Part shown: positions 40,401 to 54,000 of the stretch, piece by piece
Numbering within the stretch: the stretch's first letter is position 1
How the letters are laid out: each line of letters opens with the position of its first letter
Source of the DNA: Bugula neritina
Lineage: Eukaryota; Animalia; Bryozoa
Assembly: GCA_964035545.1 (NCBI GenBank)
Contig: OZ037772.1
Coordinates: forward strand, 2,790,001 to 2,854,000
Direction: 5' to 3'
Length of the DNA: 64,000 nt
Notes under the pieces: generated by a model
Told to the model about the DNA's origin: nothing
What the model saw: only the letters and a program-made list of their open reading frames with translations
The model's database searches: none
Translations under genes and position numbers: made by a program

Positions 40401-43064
40401 GCTAGTCTGCACTAAGGCAGGGAGTAGGCTAAGTAATCATATTACATCCCAGCAGTGCTTGTTACTTCAACTGACAGGATTACTGTGTATGATAGTTACT
40501 CTGACTGGTTTCCATGGATTATTTTTACCATACTGTTTGCCACATGATGCATTGTCTGAGTAAAAACAAGGAAACAAAGAAATATACCAGAAATGTTAAG
40601 AAATGTGGTGTTCCAGAATTAATAAATGACCACTTGTAATGCATACTGGTGCTGCTTGGCTCATAGGACCTGTTGGACAAGCTGGAGAACCCGGTCTGCA
40701 TGGCAGAAATGGAAAGACAGGAGAAACTGCACGAACTGGTATGCCCGGTCCAACCGGCTCAAGGGGGTCACTGGAAAACCCGGATCTGATGGAAGGTATT
40801 TTTTGTGCTTTACTTCGCCCTATTCAGCTTCTTGGAACTTTTTATTTTATTTAGTTTTTATAATTTGTTGTCAATTTTTTCAGAGACGGTTTACCTGGAG
40901 TGCTGGGTGCTGATGGTAGACCTGGAGAGGAGGGTGATCAAGGACCTCCTGGCCCCATGAGTCCAGTGGGAATCCCCGGTAACCAGAGACCTGAAGGTGC
41001 TCAAGAAGACAAGGGTGATGGGGCAAGAATATCCGTTATTTATTTTTCTCTTTACTTCAGTTCCCTGGTTTTCCACTAGTCAATCCTTTAGTTGTTTATT
41101 TGTTTTAGTTTATTTATGTTAATACTAAAGTTGCTTCAGTGACACCACATCATGTAATATATTACATAACAGTACAGTATAATACACCATAATATAATAT
41201 GTTATACAATACAATATTAGTACAGAAAATATTATTCACTAATATCTCACAGTTAAGTTGTGTCTTCTAAATATATTCATTACTATAGGGGCCAGCTGGG
41301 CCAGAGGGTGCTTCTGGACCAACTGGATTGTCTAGGCCAACCGGTTCTCAGGGCCCCACGGAGCTTCCGGGAATTCCCGGCGAACAAGGACCTAAAGGTA
41401 TGAATTAAGTTGAACCAATCTTTGTCCTTAGTTATTGGCCATCAACAGAATCATGGCTCTAAGAGTTTTCCTACCTGGTAAGAAGATAAGGCAACTCCTA
41501 ACTCATGATAATATGAATGGTGCTGCTGTTGTAGGACCCACTGGTTTCCAGGGACCTCAGGGATTTCCCAGATCTCCCGGTATTTATGATGCAAGGGGAG
41601 ATGTCGGATCACTTGGTATTGCTGAACCACCCGGGCTACTGGGTGCTGATGGCAAACAAGGAATAACTGGTTCTCCTGGTGCTATGGGTCCACGTGGACC
41701 TGATGGTGCTAAGGTAAACACTTACACTGTTAGCAGGTTATTGTTATTCATCTTGTTAGTTTAGTGGTAATAAACCAATAGTGTGTATTTCTAGGGTGAA
41801 CAAGGGAGAGATGGGGAAATGGGTAGTCCCGGCAGACCTGGACCTCCTGGACCACCTGGTGAAGCCCCAGTATTTGGTTAGTTATTAGCAAAACCAAGTT
41901 ATTGTTCATTACTCGTATCTTTTTTATTTTCTCTCAACTGTGTATTGATGATCTTTTAGGAATTCCATCCATAGCCTGTGATTGAAACTTTTATTTTATT
42001 CTACCATGGGTTATGTTAGGTGCGCCCCCTATGATGATGAGTGCAATGATGTCCATCGGTAAAGGTGTACAAGCAGATGATGCAGGCGCCAACAATGAGC
42101 TCTATAATATGTACCTCAGTGAGTAATGGCCATGATGTGCTTTGATGTTGCCCGATTTGTAGTGGAAAGGGCTTTTTGAATGCTTTTTATAATTAACTGC
42201 TAGAAACTATTGCAATAAAAATATAGACAGCTGTTATAATGTATTTCTCCTCCTAGCAGCGATGATTGACATTCTTGTTTGATGAGTCACCTATTTAGTT
42301 TGTTTCTTCAGTTAAATGTTGCTACATTCTGACATATTATATATTGTTGGTTTCGTTGCTGATAGCTTACATCGCTACTTCCACTTTATTTCTCTAGAAA
42401 CATAGGTAAGGGATGGTATTATATACTGTTTGTTATATTGTGAAATAGAGAAGTTGTATTCTCTATTGTTTGTTGTCAGGTGGATCCAGATGGTGGCTCC
42501 ATAACTAATGCTATCCAGGCTTACTGTCGCAAGGAAAGGAAGAGCACTTGCATCATTGTAAAGACCTCCGAGTTTGCTACCAAATCGTACGTCACCCAGC
42601 AGCTAGATAATCAGCCATTTGTTGCTAAACACATGGGAACAACACTCGTAAGTGTTTATCTTGTATCAACCATGACTGTCTTAGTAATAGTCAAGAATAT
42701 TCAAAAGTTTTATGTTGAGAATTGTCGCTATAGTAACATATTTGTTTCCTGTATGGATGTTGATAAGTATTGCTATAGTAACGTGTTGGTTTCCTGTATG
42801 GATGTTGCTAATCACCAGATACTAGTCCTCTACTATGTTGCTAGTCACTTGATAATCTGAACAATCTCTGGCTTCTTCTTAAGCTGAGCGAGTTGTTGGT
42901 ATGACTATTCCTTTTGCTGATTGTAGATGTATAAACTCAGTGGCGGTAGAAGACGCATGTGGTGGGAAGAAAAAGTCAGTCATTTTATATACAGCTGGTG
43001 AAAAAGAACACACAGCAACAGATAGCAGGTCCCAATATCCAGTGCTGCAGGATTTTTACAAGGT

Positions 43065-43190
43065 ATCTGAATCTGACCTATATACTGTAAATCTGACCTA
43101 TATACTGTAAATCTGACCTATATAGTGTAAACCTGACCTATATAATGTAAACCTGACCTATAAAGTGTAAATCTAGCCTATATAGCATAA
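43065..43190. repeat. 20-bp minisatellite
   Basis: Unit TGTAAATCTGACCTATATAC. Confidence 0.85.
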
Positions 43191-44129
43191 ATTCCACCTG
43201 CACTTGAACATGATTGCGATAGTTGCATCTTTTTTTGTATTGATATACAATATAGCTTGCCTTTGAGGCTTTTTAACAACTACTAATGAGTTCAACCCAA
43301 AAGCCACTTTGATTTCTGTGCAAGTTTAGAGTTTAGAGTTTGCCCTCTGCCATTTTGTAGTATTCCAAATACCATCAGAAGCTCTGACAGAGATTGAGAT
43401 TGACACCAAGACCCCCACCCACTTGCCTATTATTGACATTGCTCCTGGTGACATCTGGACCACCCACAAAGAGTTTGGGGTTCAGCTTGGAGAAGTCTGC
43501 TTTTCATAGACTCATATCTAACAACAGTGTTATTTGTCTGATTTGTAAGACTGTCCCTAATTAGATAATTAATGGCCAATCAGAGAATGTAATCAATGTT
43601 GGTTGGCTGAGACCAGCAGTCTGATTTTTATATAACCTAATTTTTAACTAAAATATTTGATTACTCTAAATAAATTTATCTGAGACTTCTGAGGCAGTGA
43701 TGGTGATTTTTGTACATATAAATTTGAAGGAGTTTAGCTATAGGGTTTATGCTGTTTTTTTAATTATTCCACCATAACCTGAGATTGTGAGTAGTAATTC
43801 TAGAATGAGGTAGGGAGGGTATTATGCCCCTCCCTATGACTTTATATATTTAGAAACTGTTGTTAATTTAGTAATTCTGTTGGTGCATTTAACAGACGCT
43901 AGTTAGACATTCCAGCGTAGCGATACACAAATAATGTAAATTTTATTACAAAATCACTCAGCCATACACAACGGCCTGATGCGTAGCTTGCACTACGTGA
44001 AACAGTATTGTAGTCGATAAGATGAATATATAGTTTATTATTATATCCGAAATTGTATCAGTACCAAAAATAAATACTCTATTTTTCCGAAATATTGCGT
44101 CCTTTTGATTCATTGTTAATCATAAAAAC

Positions 44130-44133
44130 ATAT

Positions 44134-44226
<93 letters not shown>

Positions 44227-44560
44227 TATAGGCCTATATTTCTATATATCTATAGTTCTCAAACCAGCATGTCAGTATAAAATATAAAAGTACAATTACA
44301 CATACAACAAATAGACATATGCAGTGATATACATTATAAAGCATATCTTGTTGGTGAAATGTTATACAGTATACTATGTTATACCATATATGATGTTATA
44401 CAGTATACTAGGTTATAGAGTATAGTATGTTATATAGTATATTATGTTATACAGTATATTATGTTATACAGTATATTATGTTATACAGTATATTATGTTA
44501 TACAGTATATTATGTCATATACAATGTACTATGTTATACAGTATATTATGTCATACAGTG
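44130..44560. repeat. (TA)n (44130-44230) and 17-bp TGTTATACAGTATATTA array (44360-44560)
   Basis: Directly visible. Confidence 0.9.
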
Positions 44561-45241
44561 TATAATGCTATACATAGACTGAAGTATGATTTATTAATCC
44601 AATTAGATGCAAGTATCAACTGCGTGTTCATGTAAAGTACAGCCAATCATAATCCTGTGCCAACTTTAGTGTTTCACAGTTAGTCAACTGCAAGAAAACC
44701 AACTCATTCACTACCATGTCAGTCAAAACATATATAAAGTATATTATGCGCAGCAACCGCTGGGCTGAGGTCAAACTCTACCAGTCTATATTCTTACACG
44801 CAGACATGCATATTTTATAAATTTACACATTTTAAAAATTAACTTAAAACTCATGAATTTAAAATATGAAACAAAATAATGTGTCTTAAAAAAATAGCTC
44901 ACAGCTTCTTAGAAGCAAGTATTTTACACTTGAACATGCAGAATTTGTACAGCTTATTATGATGACATTGTTGAATTAATACACACCTCTGATTGGACGA
45001 GTTTTACATAATAAAACAATTGTTCATCACTTTTATTATTAGTCTAAGGTTGACAATAATTTACACTGTTAGTTATTGGTTGTAAACTGATTAGTTCATC
45101 ATTAAGTACCTGTTTGCTGCTGCCTGGTTTATAACTGCTTATCACAATTTTAATGACAAGGAAATTATCTTCTCTTGTTGTCTCCAGGTGCTACTGTATT
45201 TGACAGGTTTCCCTGTTAATAAAGTAATCTTATACTGATAT

Positions 45242-45295
45242 TGATGACATCCACAAATACTAGTGTAAAGGAACAAGTATTTGCGGATGTCATCA
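45242..45295. other. 20-bp stem / 14-nt loop hairpin
   Basis: TGATGACATCCACAAATACT...AGTATTTGCGGATGTCATCA; the one mismatch becomes a G.U pair on the minus strand. Confidence 0.7.
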
Positions 45296-46489
45296 GGAAA
45301 GAAATTGGTAAGACACGTACCAATAATATTACATAGTTTATTTTATCAATTCACTTAGCCTTAACTTTATTGAATAAAAGTTATTCGCATGTAGGCTATT
45401 TTATAAATTGTTCCTAAAACTAATTTGGGTGTGCCTATACAACACTAGGTTTATATGATTGTGAGATATTACTGAGTACACATTAAATCATAGACAGTGT
45501 CAATAATAGTAACTATAGGCTTTGCTCTTGGTAAGTTGATTGGAAGAATTTACAGTCCAGTTCTTCGTGATGGAAAATTTTTATCTGCAGAAGAGCTCTA
45601 GTTGAAAAACTGTTATCTAAAGTTTGTTCTTCAAGTACTATACAAATATTATTAGTAGCTTGACATTTCTTATCATTAAGGAGTGTTTAATATAAATATA
45701 ATACTTGAGATAAACATTCTCATGTGATATAATGTAGCCTGATGTTATATCATATGACTTGACTATTTCTACTAGAGTTAGGGTGGGTCACCAGACAGCC
45801 CACACATACAACTACACTATACATCACATGCTGTAGGAACACTGGCACAACTGAGGCTAGGCTGACTAATAGGTATGGAATAGTTGACCCAGCAGTTATA
45901 TACTTTGTTATAGAAACTCTAACTTTCTAGTATTAGAATATAAATAATTCTCTAAAGAGTTGGTATATCAGAAAGCCAGTCACTCAACACCAATTAACTG
46001 TCTCAATCAGAGCTGGTCTCTGTGTAGTTCAGTGTGTTTTAAAGGTTCTCTGAAGCTTCCCCAGTCATTATATGTGCTCCCTTTAGATATATGCAATAGT
46101 TTTAATACAATACATAGACAATTATTGTTAACACATGTCAAGTAATAGAACAGGAATAAGGCCTCTCTGGTAGTTATTTGAATATCTACAAGAAGTATTT
46201 AACTAGATATACAACAATAACTACATAATTATTTAGAAACATGCAAAATATTATACACGAAGAAATCTCTTGTACCAAACTATTGTTACATAACTGGAAG
46301 ATAGAGAAACTATATTTCTCAATTCAGAACACAGTCTTCAATCAGCATTCAGTACTGAAATTAAGTAAAAGCAATGACAGTATTTATAATTATGAATATA
46401 TAAATTATAATAGCATGAATCATGATATTATATATTCATATAACAACTGTCATTGTAGTTCCCTAAGCCAAGCGTAACTGGTTATTGTA

Positions 46490-46598
46490 TGTCACGTGAT
46501 TCAACAGATACACGCCCCTTCTGCTGTAACATTATAACGTCATTGCACACAGTCATTCACACGTTGACTGAAGAGGGCTACACACTGATAACTCGGAG
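46490..46598 (+). promoter_or_regulatory. Candidate promoter and non-coding first exon of TRIM paralog 2
   Basis: E-box GTCACGTGAT, GC-box-like CACGCCCC, donor GAG|GTTAGT at 46599. The ATG exon has its own acceptor at 48046, so an upstream UTR exon is implied. Confidence 0.35.
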
Positions 46599-48069
46599 GT
46601 TAGTATAACATTTATAGACTTAGTTTATCAATAGTCGGCAATCAGTATAAGTATTACATTTACTACATTGCTATAACTATTAGTATTAGATTTAGTGTTG
46701 CAATCAGTTTTGATACCACCGCCGCTACCATCATCATTAAATTTATTTATAATGATTATCTTAAGAAGTTATACTTATACTTATAGTAGGTTTATTATAA
46801 CCATTGAGTCACTTATCTTTACTTTGTGAATTTATGATTGTAACACTGAATAACATTATCATAATTATAATTATAATTATAATTGCAAATTTTTAAATTC
46901 GTGTTACAGTTACTCAATTTGAATATCAGAATATCTTACCACTGGCACTAGTCAGTTATTAATGACAGTGCATAGTGATCACTGCATGTGATACATTGTC
47001 ATACTCTGCACATTCCAATGCACTGCCCTTCTGTATTCATTGTGAATAACAAATTTAGTTGTCTTATATTATTTTACTCAGTGTTGATTTTACAACTAAT
47101 ATGTACTATGCTGCTCTAATTTATGTAACAACGCTTGCTAGTTGCTGCTATCTTTACTTCTAAATTTATATCATTCAAAAAACTATCATATTTGCATGAT
47201 AGGTACATAATTGGAATTGACTATTCTATAAATTACTGAGAATATAAGGTTAGCCACATTTACATGATCTACCATTGTTGTAGACATAAAGTATGAGGTT
47301 AGTGTTAATAAATCATTTGCTAGGTAAGAGTGTAGAATAAATAATTTGCTAGAGATGAGTGTAGAAGCTGCCAACTCATGAAACAACTACACCTGACCTA
47401 GAAGAAGCACAAACATGTTAAATTAGTATGTTTCACAGCACCATAGTTTCTATTAGATAATTAGAATACCAAACTAGCAGTTGATGGCATGTTTCCTGAC
47501 GGATAGAAGGCTGAATCTAAGTAACATATTAACTAATGCATTACTAACACTGCAGAAATGTTAAAATGAGTTTTGTCATGTAGATTATTGAGAAAACAAA
47601 GAATTTTCAACACCCAACACAAAATATTTCATGAAACTATGTTTTCTCAAACTGCTATGTTTCCCCCTGTTTCTCACTCATGCTATACACTCCTTGCTAT
47701 GTAATAGTTCAAAGTACACCCTGGGAAGGAACAAGGTCTATCCTATGCTCAGGTGTAGACTCTGTCCCAGTAGTGTGTCAAAATATTCAGTTAGAAACAC
47801 ATTATTATTGGGAGTTCATGAAATATCCAGCTTATATAAGCAGCTGAGTCAAATTCTGCTGTTTGTTCATAAAAGTATTACGTAACTCACTGGTATTGAT
47901 GTTTCACTTCTCCTCTACATATTGATGATCTGGTTACGACTTATATAGAACCTGATAGGTCAGTCTATGGTTGGGAAGGTGAAGGACAAATCTTCACAGA
48001 TGCATAGTGTATAATGTTATGCTAGGAGTATGTGTATCTTTTACAGGATTTCCTTATCATATAACCAAG

Positions 48070-51000
48070 ATGGCAGAATCCAGAGTTGTGAAAAAGAGAC
48101 TAAACAATTCGTATCGCTGTGGGTACTGCTCGCAGTACTTCAACAAACTTGAAGATCCCAGAACTCTGCCCTGTCTGCATGTGTACTGCATGAGATGTTT
48201 GAAGACTGACATCGGTGGTAGGAAGGATCATATTAGATGTGCTTATTGTAGGTGAGTTACAGTACATAACACAATATATCATGTCATAGGCTTGCATATG
48301 ATTATCTCACTATCATCTAGGAGTTGTCTGATCTATGTCTATGAAAAGCAAACAATACTTTATATTCTATGTGAACTCTGGTTACTAACTTGTGGAGTGT
48401 GTGGATATCTTCTCATTAGGTAGAGAAAGTAACTGTTATGTAGATTGCATCATCAGCTGTCCTCTCTTGTTGAATTGTGGTGCTGTTGGATGTCATGGGA
48501 TTGGGGTTGTCTCCTCATTATATTATTTTGTTCTCATACAGTACAAGACTTGTTAGAGCAGTGATTCCCAACCTTTTTCATACCATTCCCACTTTCATAA
48601 ATGTTTACTATTAAGTCCCCTCCCTTTTGTCAACCGGAATTTTTTATGAGTGACATAATGATAATATAGATTACAATGCAATATTTTTTCTCTTACATTT
48701 GAATATAATATAATTATTTCTAATAATTATATGTGACCCATCACGAATAACCGGGAACTTGGCGGCACTCATGAAGTGTAGTAAATGAAGGTTAAATTTT
48801 GAAAAATCAAAAATTGAAATTTTTTGCCAGTTTTTAGATTTTAAACTTTTCTGATACAGAAAAACTCAAGGAATTCAAATATCATATTTTCGCAAGCGTT
48901 TGCTAATTCCTTCAACCTCAAAATTGCCTTTAAAGTTGGTAACTATGCATTAAATATTTCTTCAAAATGGCGGATCGTAGCCAAGTTGACTCGGAGTTAT
49001 CATTACTATTACGAAAATTAAATTAGAATATTTCATAGCGCAAAATTCTACAAATAAATCTTTGTTTAATAAAGGTGGTTTACGCATTCTCCTCGCATGA
49101 TAGGAAGCCTACTTCTGAAACTAAGTTTAGTATTAGCTATTTTTGGCGCTGGCTGCAAAGATTAAGTTAGCTTTTAACGCAACTAGTTCCTGAGCTGTAT
49201 TTTAATATTGATCTTTATCTTTGGACTTAATGATTAAATCACTACAAAGCAGGTAATTATACTGAAAATAGCTCATTTATGCTACTAAATAATTATATAA
49301 TTTACTAGTAGTTATTAACTTATACTTATAGTTAAAGTTCTACTTCTACTTTTAATGTTGTAGTTGTTGAATTTAATACTAATCATTTAATGATTATGAT
49401 TAAAATATCAATTCGAATTATTTACTTATTAAGTTATTTGTATTAATAAATAATAATAGTATTACATTTTCATTTTGATTTACTCATTTACTTTAGCCTA
49501 TGTAGGTCAAATGCTTCCTTGACTTTCACCTTTATCTTTAACAGCTGATGCTAAAAAGATGATATTTTTAACTAGAAATTTTTAGTATTGAGTGTTTTAT
49601 TTTTATTCAAAATTAAATGCTCATACTCACATTGATAATACTATTAAATAGGGTTCAGTATTACACTAATACTATTAGTAATTCTTTTAGTTAGTTCTTG
49701 TGATAATCTTATTGAATATTATATTATCATTAACTTGAAGTTCATACTAAATCATAGTATTACTATTAGTATTAGTATTAAATGTTCATTTTCATATTAA
49801 TTATTTATAGAAATTTTAAGTCTGGGCATGTTAAGTGGTCTACAGTCAGTGCGAGTCCCACTTTTGAAGCGCAATTATTTTTTATATTGAATATGAATAT
49901 TTAACATCATCTATACTCATACTGAAATATCGAATGTGATTCAATTTGAATAAGTTCAAGTATAATAATAATATTCATAATAACAGTGATTAAGATCTTT
50001 AAGAGTGAAACAATAAGAATTATAATGATGTCAAAATCAATTCACTTGTTGTCAGCCTAACACTTACAGCTACCCTTAGTTTAAATCTTATAGTTATCTA
50101 TGACTATTAGTATACATCACTTTCATCATGCAAGACTTTCCAGTTTCAAAATAGAATTGGAGTACTACAACTACTTATGCTGATTTATTTGTTATATTTT
50201 TTTATTTTTAAGTAAATAATTGAATTTAAATTGGTTATGCAGTAGCTATATTTAGTAGGTTTTGTTGCTACTTGGCTAGCTCTGTCTACTCACTTTGAAT
50301 TGAATGTTAAATAGTATATTGATTTATTAGTTATTTCATTTTTCAAATCCAAGCTCATTGCTTCAGTACTGCCCATTCAAACATGCTAAATATTTAAATG
50401 ACTTAAATTTTGATGGTAATAGGAAAAAAGATAATTATTATTACTACATCATGATTATTATTCATGAATATAACATTATTTACATTTTAGGAGAGTGGAG
50501 ATGTGAGGGCAACGTGATGAAACTTGTTGAGGTTTTGCTTGATATTTCACCTATACAGCTCAATAGCATGCTGCATATAACCTATCATTCTTACACTTGT
50601 GATCCTGACACCCTGCATTTGGAGAGCTACCGCTTGCAAGCTTATAGCTTCTGCTAATTTTGTTCGTAAAAAGGTGTCTAGTATTTCATTATGCTCAGAA
50701 AGTTTATAAATAACTATTTTGCAAATGTGCCTTCAAACTCGCTATAGACTTAAATGTTGATAAATTTCTCAAAAACTATCAGCTGCTGTAATATAGTAGT
50801 TGAATGGTGTTTCAACAATTATATTTTATAGCCAGATTTAATTTCTAATGCACTATTGTTCTCTTTTATAATCTAAAGAAAAGTTTGATTTTATAATTAC
50901 AGGTCTAAGTGGCAAGATGAGCAGGGTAGATGTCTAGTAGCAGCATCTATCAACTTTGACTACTGGAATATTGCTCTTCTTTTTATGTGCCTATACTCTG

Positions 51001-54000
51001 TAAACTCAGGCTATGAAGAACAAGGACATAGATTCAGAGACGATAAGAATCACCTAAGCAGTCTTTCTGCTATATGAATTAATTTAAGTTTCATTTATGC
51101 TAAATTTCTACACTTTTATTTGTTTATAACAATTAATTTAATATTTTGAATGCAAATATCAATGGATAAATAAAATTTAAAAGAAACTTATACCTTATTT
51201 TCTTGTTTCAATATCTCAACTGATCCCCTTGCTATATGTAACTTTTGATCACTCTACATTGTCAATGTATGACTGAATAAGTTTTGCATAATATCATAAC
51301 AGTTGAATTATTTTCTCATATGATTTGTACTCATGGGAACAATTGATACTATCGAATGGTATGGCTCAATAGCTACGGCTGGACATGTTACATGAGATAT
51401 TATTGACGAGGAAAATAGCCAACGTAAAACAGGAAATGGCTGCCATTTTGTTTCATATGACACCTGGTTAACTTAGTTGGTTCGAATGAATGTCAGTGCA
51501 AAAAGTGCTTAAAGGTCCTTATATGTGCTGAAAGTAGCAAAATTTTCAACTGTTATCACAATTCATTAGCTATTCGGGGAAAATAAAGTTACAACAGGTT
51601 TGGCGGCCATCTTTGACTTATTTTTGTTGTTTAAGAAACGTAAAAACTGGTTGAGCTGAAAGCCCATACTTAAACGAATGTTTTGATGCCAAATTTGTCC
51701 AGTTTGCTAAAATAAAAAGGCCCGTTGCTAAGGCTTGACAAATGTAAACAAATAATCCATAATTTTTTCCTGACATGCTTACTTTAAAAGCAAATTTCTC
51801 AAATACGCGAATTGACTGTTCTAAGAACGCCAAGGCTTTTGAATATCAATATCTCGAGTTCTATTTGTACTAGAGACTTCAAATAAATTGCAAGATGATT
51901 GCAAAGATCTGCTCTATAACTTTATACTAATAACTCAATTTTGAAAAATTGACAAACGTTCCCTGTTTTGTGATGGGAGGTCACATATACTATACAGCTC
52001 TATACAATGGACTGTTTATGTCAGATTAACTATGTGTACTTCAAGTATAATAATGGGTACGCTATACCAACAATTTTATGAGTTACCCGGGAATTTTGCT
52101 AGTCCTAAGAACATCACTGGTTATCACAAGTTTAACATTATGTTGGCACTTCTGAATGGTTTTGATTGAGTTTTTAATTGCAGCTGTAGGCCAGGCACCA
52201 AGTTTTTTATTTATCAATTCATTAGAAACCAGGTTTTCTTAGTTATATGCTGAAGATTATCATATTAGAAAACTAAGAAAATAAAAGATAAGTGTAAAGG
52301 TTACAGGCAATATATAATTATAGTAAGTTTAAATCAATTCTGTTAGCAAAATTGTGTTAATATATTATACTGAATGGATCATCAGAACAATATTTGCTGA
52401 TGCTTTAAGCTAAGTGTTACTGATTAGGCTGTTTTTCTATATTTTTAAATTATTATTCATTTTTATAGAGCACAAAATGTTTATTTATAAACTACAGTTG
52501 CTAGCATACTTTTGCATATAGTGACCTCTAAGACATTGTGAGTAAATCAAATAAGGGTCATTTTACTTAATTTAGTACACACTGGATATCTTCAGTTTTG
52601 GCTATTTTTCACAATTTAGCTGGTAATGAACATGGTCTTTTGGCCAAAACTAGTAAAACACCAATAAATACACTTAAATAATCAAAGTTCTTTTCAACTT
52701 TGCTTTATTTCCTATGTTTTTCCCTAATTATTCAGCTATAGGTTTGGTTACAGACTGTTATACGGTTTTTTCGTAACGGTCCGCACATATGGAATATTAA
52801 GTGCATATGACAATGACCTGTGCTTTAATGTTGGGGAATCCCCTTCCAGCCTTTTCTGTTATGCTTAGTTAAAACCAGCACATAAAAATAGCATGTATAT
52901 ATAGTAAATTTCAATTGATTTTGAGCAAACTTTAATGTTAGGTCATAAGTTGCTGGTGTGTACTAAATAAAGTAAACTGACTCATAACTAGAAGATGTTG
53001 ATGATTGTTTATTTGTATAATATTATGCATGTGTAAAACACAGAGCAGTTCAATTAATGATATTATTATGGCTGCAGCTGATGACAGTGTACCAGCTTGA
53101 TTTCAAACCTCCCACCCCAACCCTTAAACCCCAACCCCAATATTGAAATTAAAACACATTCATGTAGAAGTAAACTGAGATGGCAGAATTGGTTAAATAG
53201 ATAAGCTAAGATGAATGCTTATAGATATACACAGAGAGAAATATTAGTGCAGCGCTTGCACTAAAGTTGTTCAAAGAGCCTTTTATTGTCAGTATAGCCT
53301 GCACCACACCTCTAATAGTTGTTAGACCTGCACTTATTTTGATGAAATTGAAAATTAATCCGATTAGTGTAAGCTGAAAAATATTTTGTAGTAGCTCTGA
53401 AACTACTTAGTAGTTAAGTCAACGCTACTTTTCACAAGTATTACGTAATCATCATCCCTAGGTCTGAATGAAGCTAAACAGTAGTTGATAGGAGCAGAAA
53501 GTGAGATCAATACTACAACTACATATGTTCAAGCAAAATTGTTTTTACATAAGAGTTATGGAACAATTGGCAGTTGTTCATCTAACAACATTATTCGTTC
53601 ACATGTGCACTAATGATGATCACAAACCTTTATAGGAAGCTAGGATAGAGTAGAACCTTACATTTGGGTCATTTCAATTGGTGCTTCCCAGTTAGATGCT
53701 ATTTATACATTTACGTGCAATTTATTTGAATACTATTGAAATATATGTGTATTTAAATAAATTTGAGTCAAGTGCTTTTTATAACTGGCACACAAATAAA
53801 TTTCTTTGCTCTGCATAAACCTATTAATTTTACAATTTCTATATTTTTTGTTTTTTGAAAAAATGTTATTATTAATGCATTTAATGCTTTTTTCAACACA
53901 AATATGGGAAAATTTAAATATTATTGCAAATATATCCTATTAATGGTTATTTTATGTTTAGCAATTGATATGAAAGTTATATAAGGGTATATAGGTATAT

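Larger units (their letters stand above)
39002..43509 (+). pseudogene. Fibrillar collagen alpha-chain 3' fragment (Gly-X-Y exons, telopeptide, partial COLFI C-propeptide)
   Basis: GT-AG-bounded Gly-X-Y exons (39002, 39398, 40158, 40667, 40884, 41289, 41535, 41794); VDPDGGSITNAIQAYC; CINSVA; LPIIDIAPGDI...EFGVQLGEVCFS*. In-frame TAA near 39013, Gly substitutions, frameshifts and missing COLFI exons. Confidence 0.88.
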
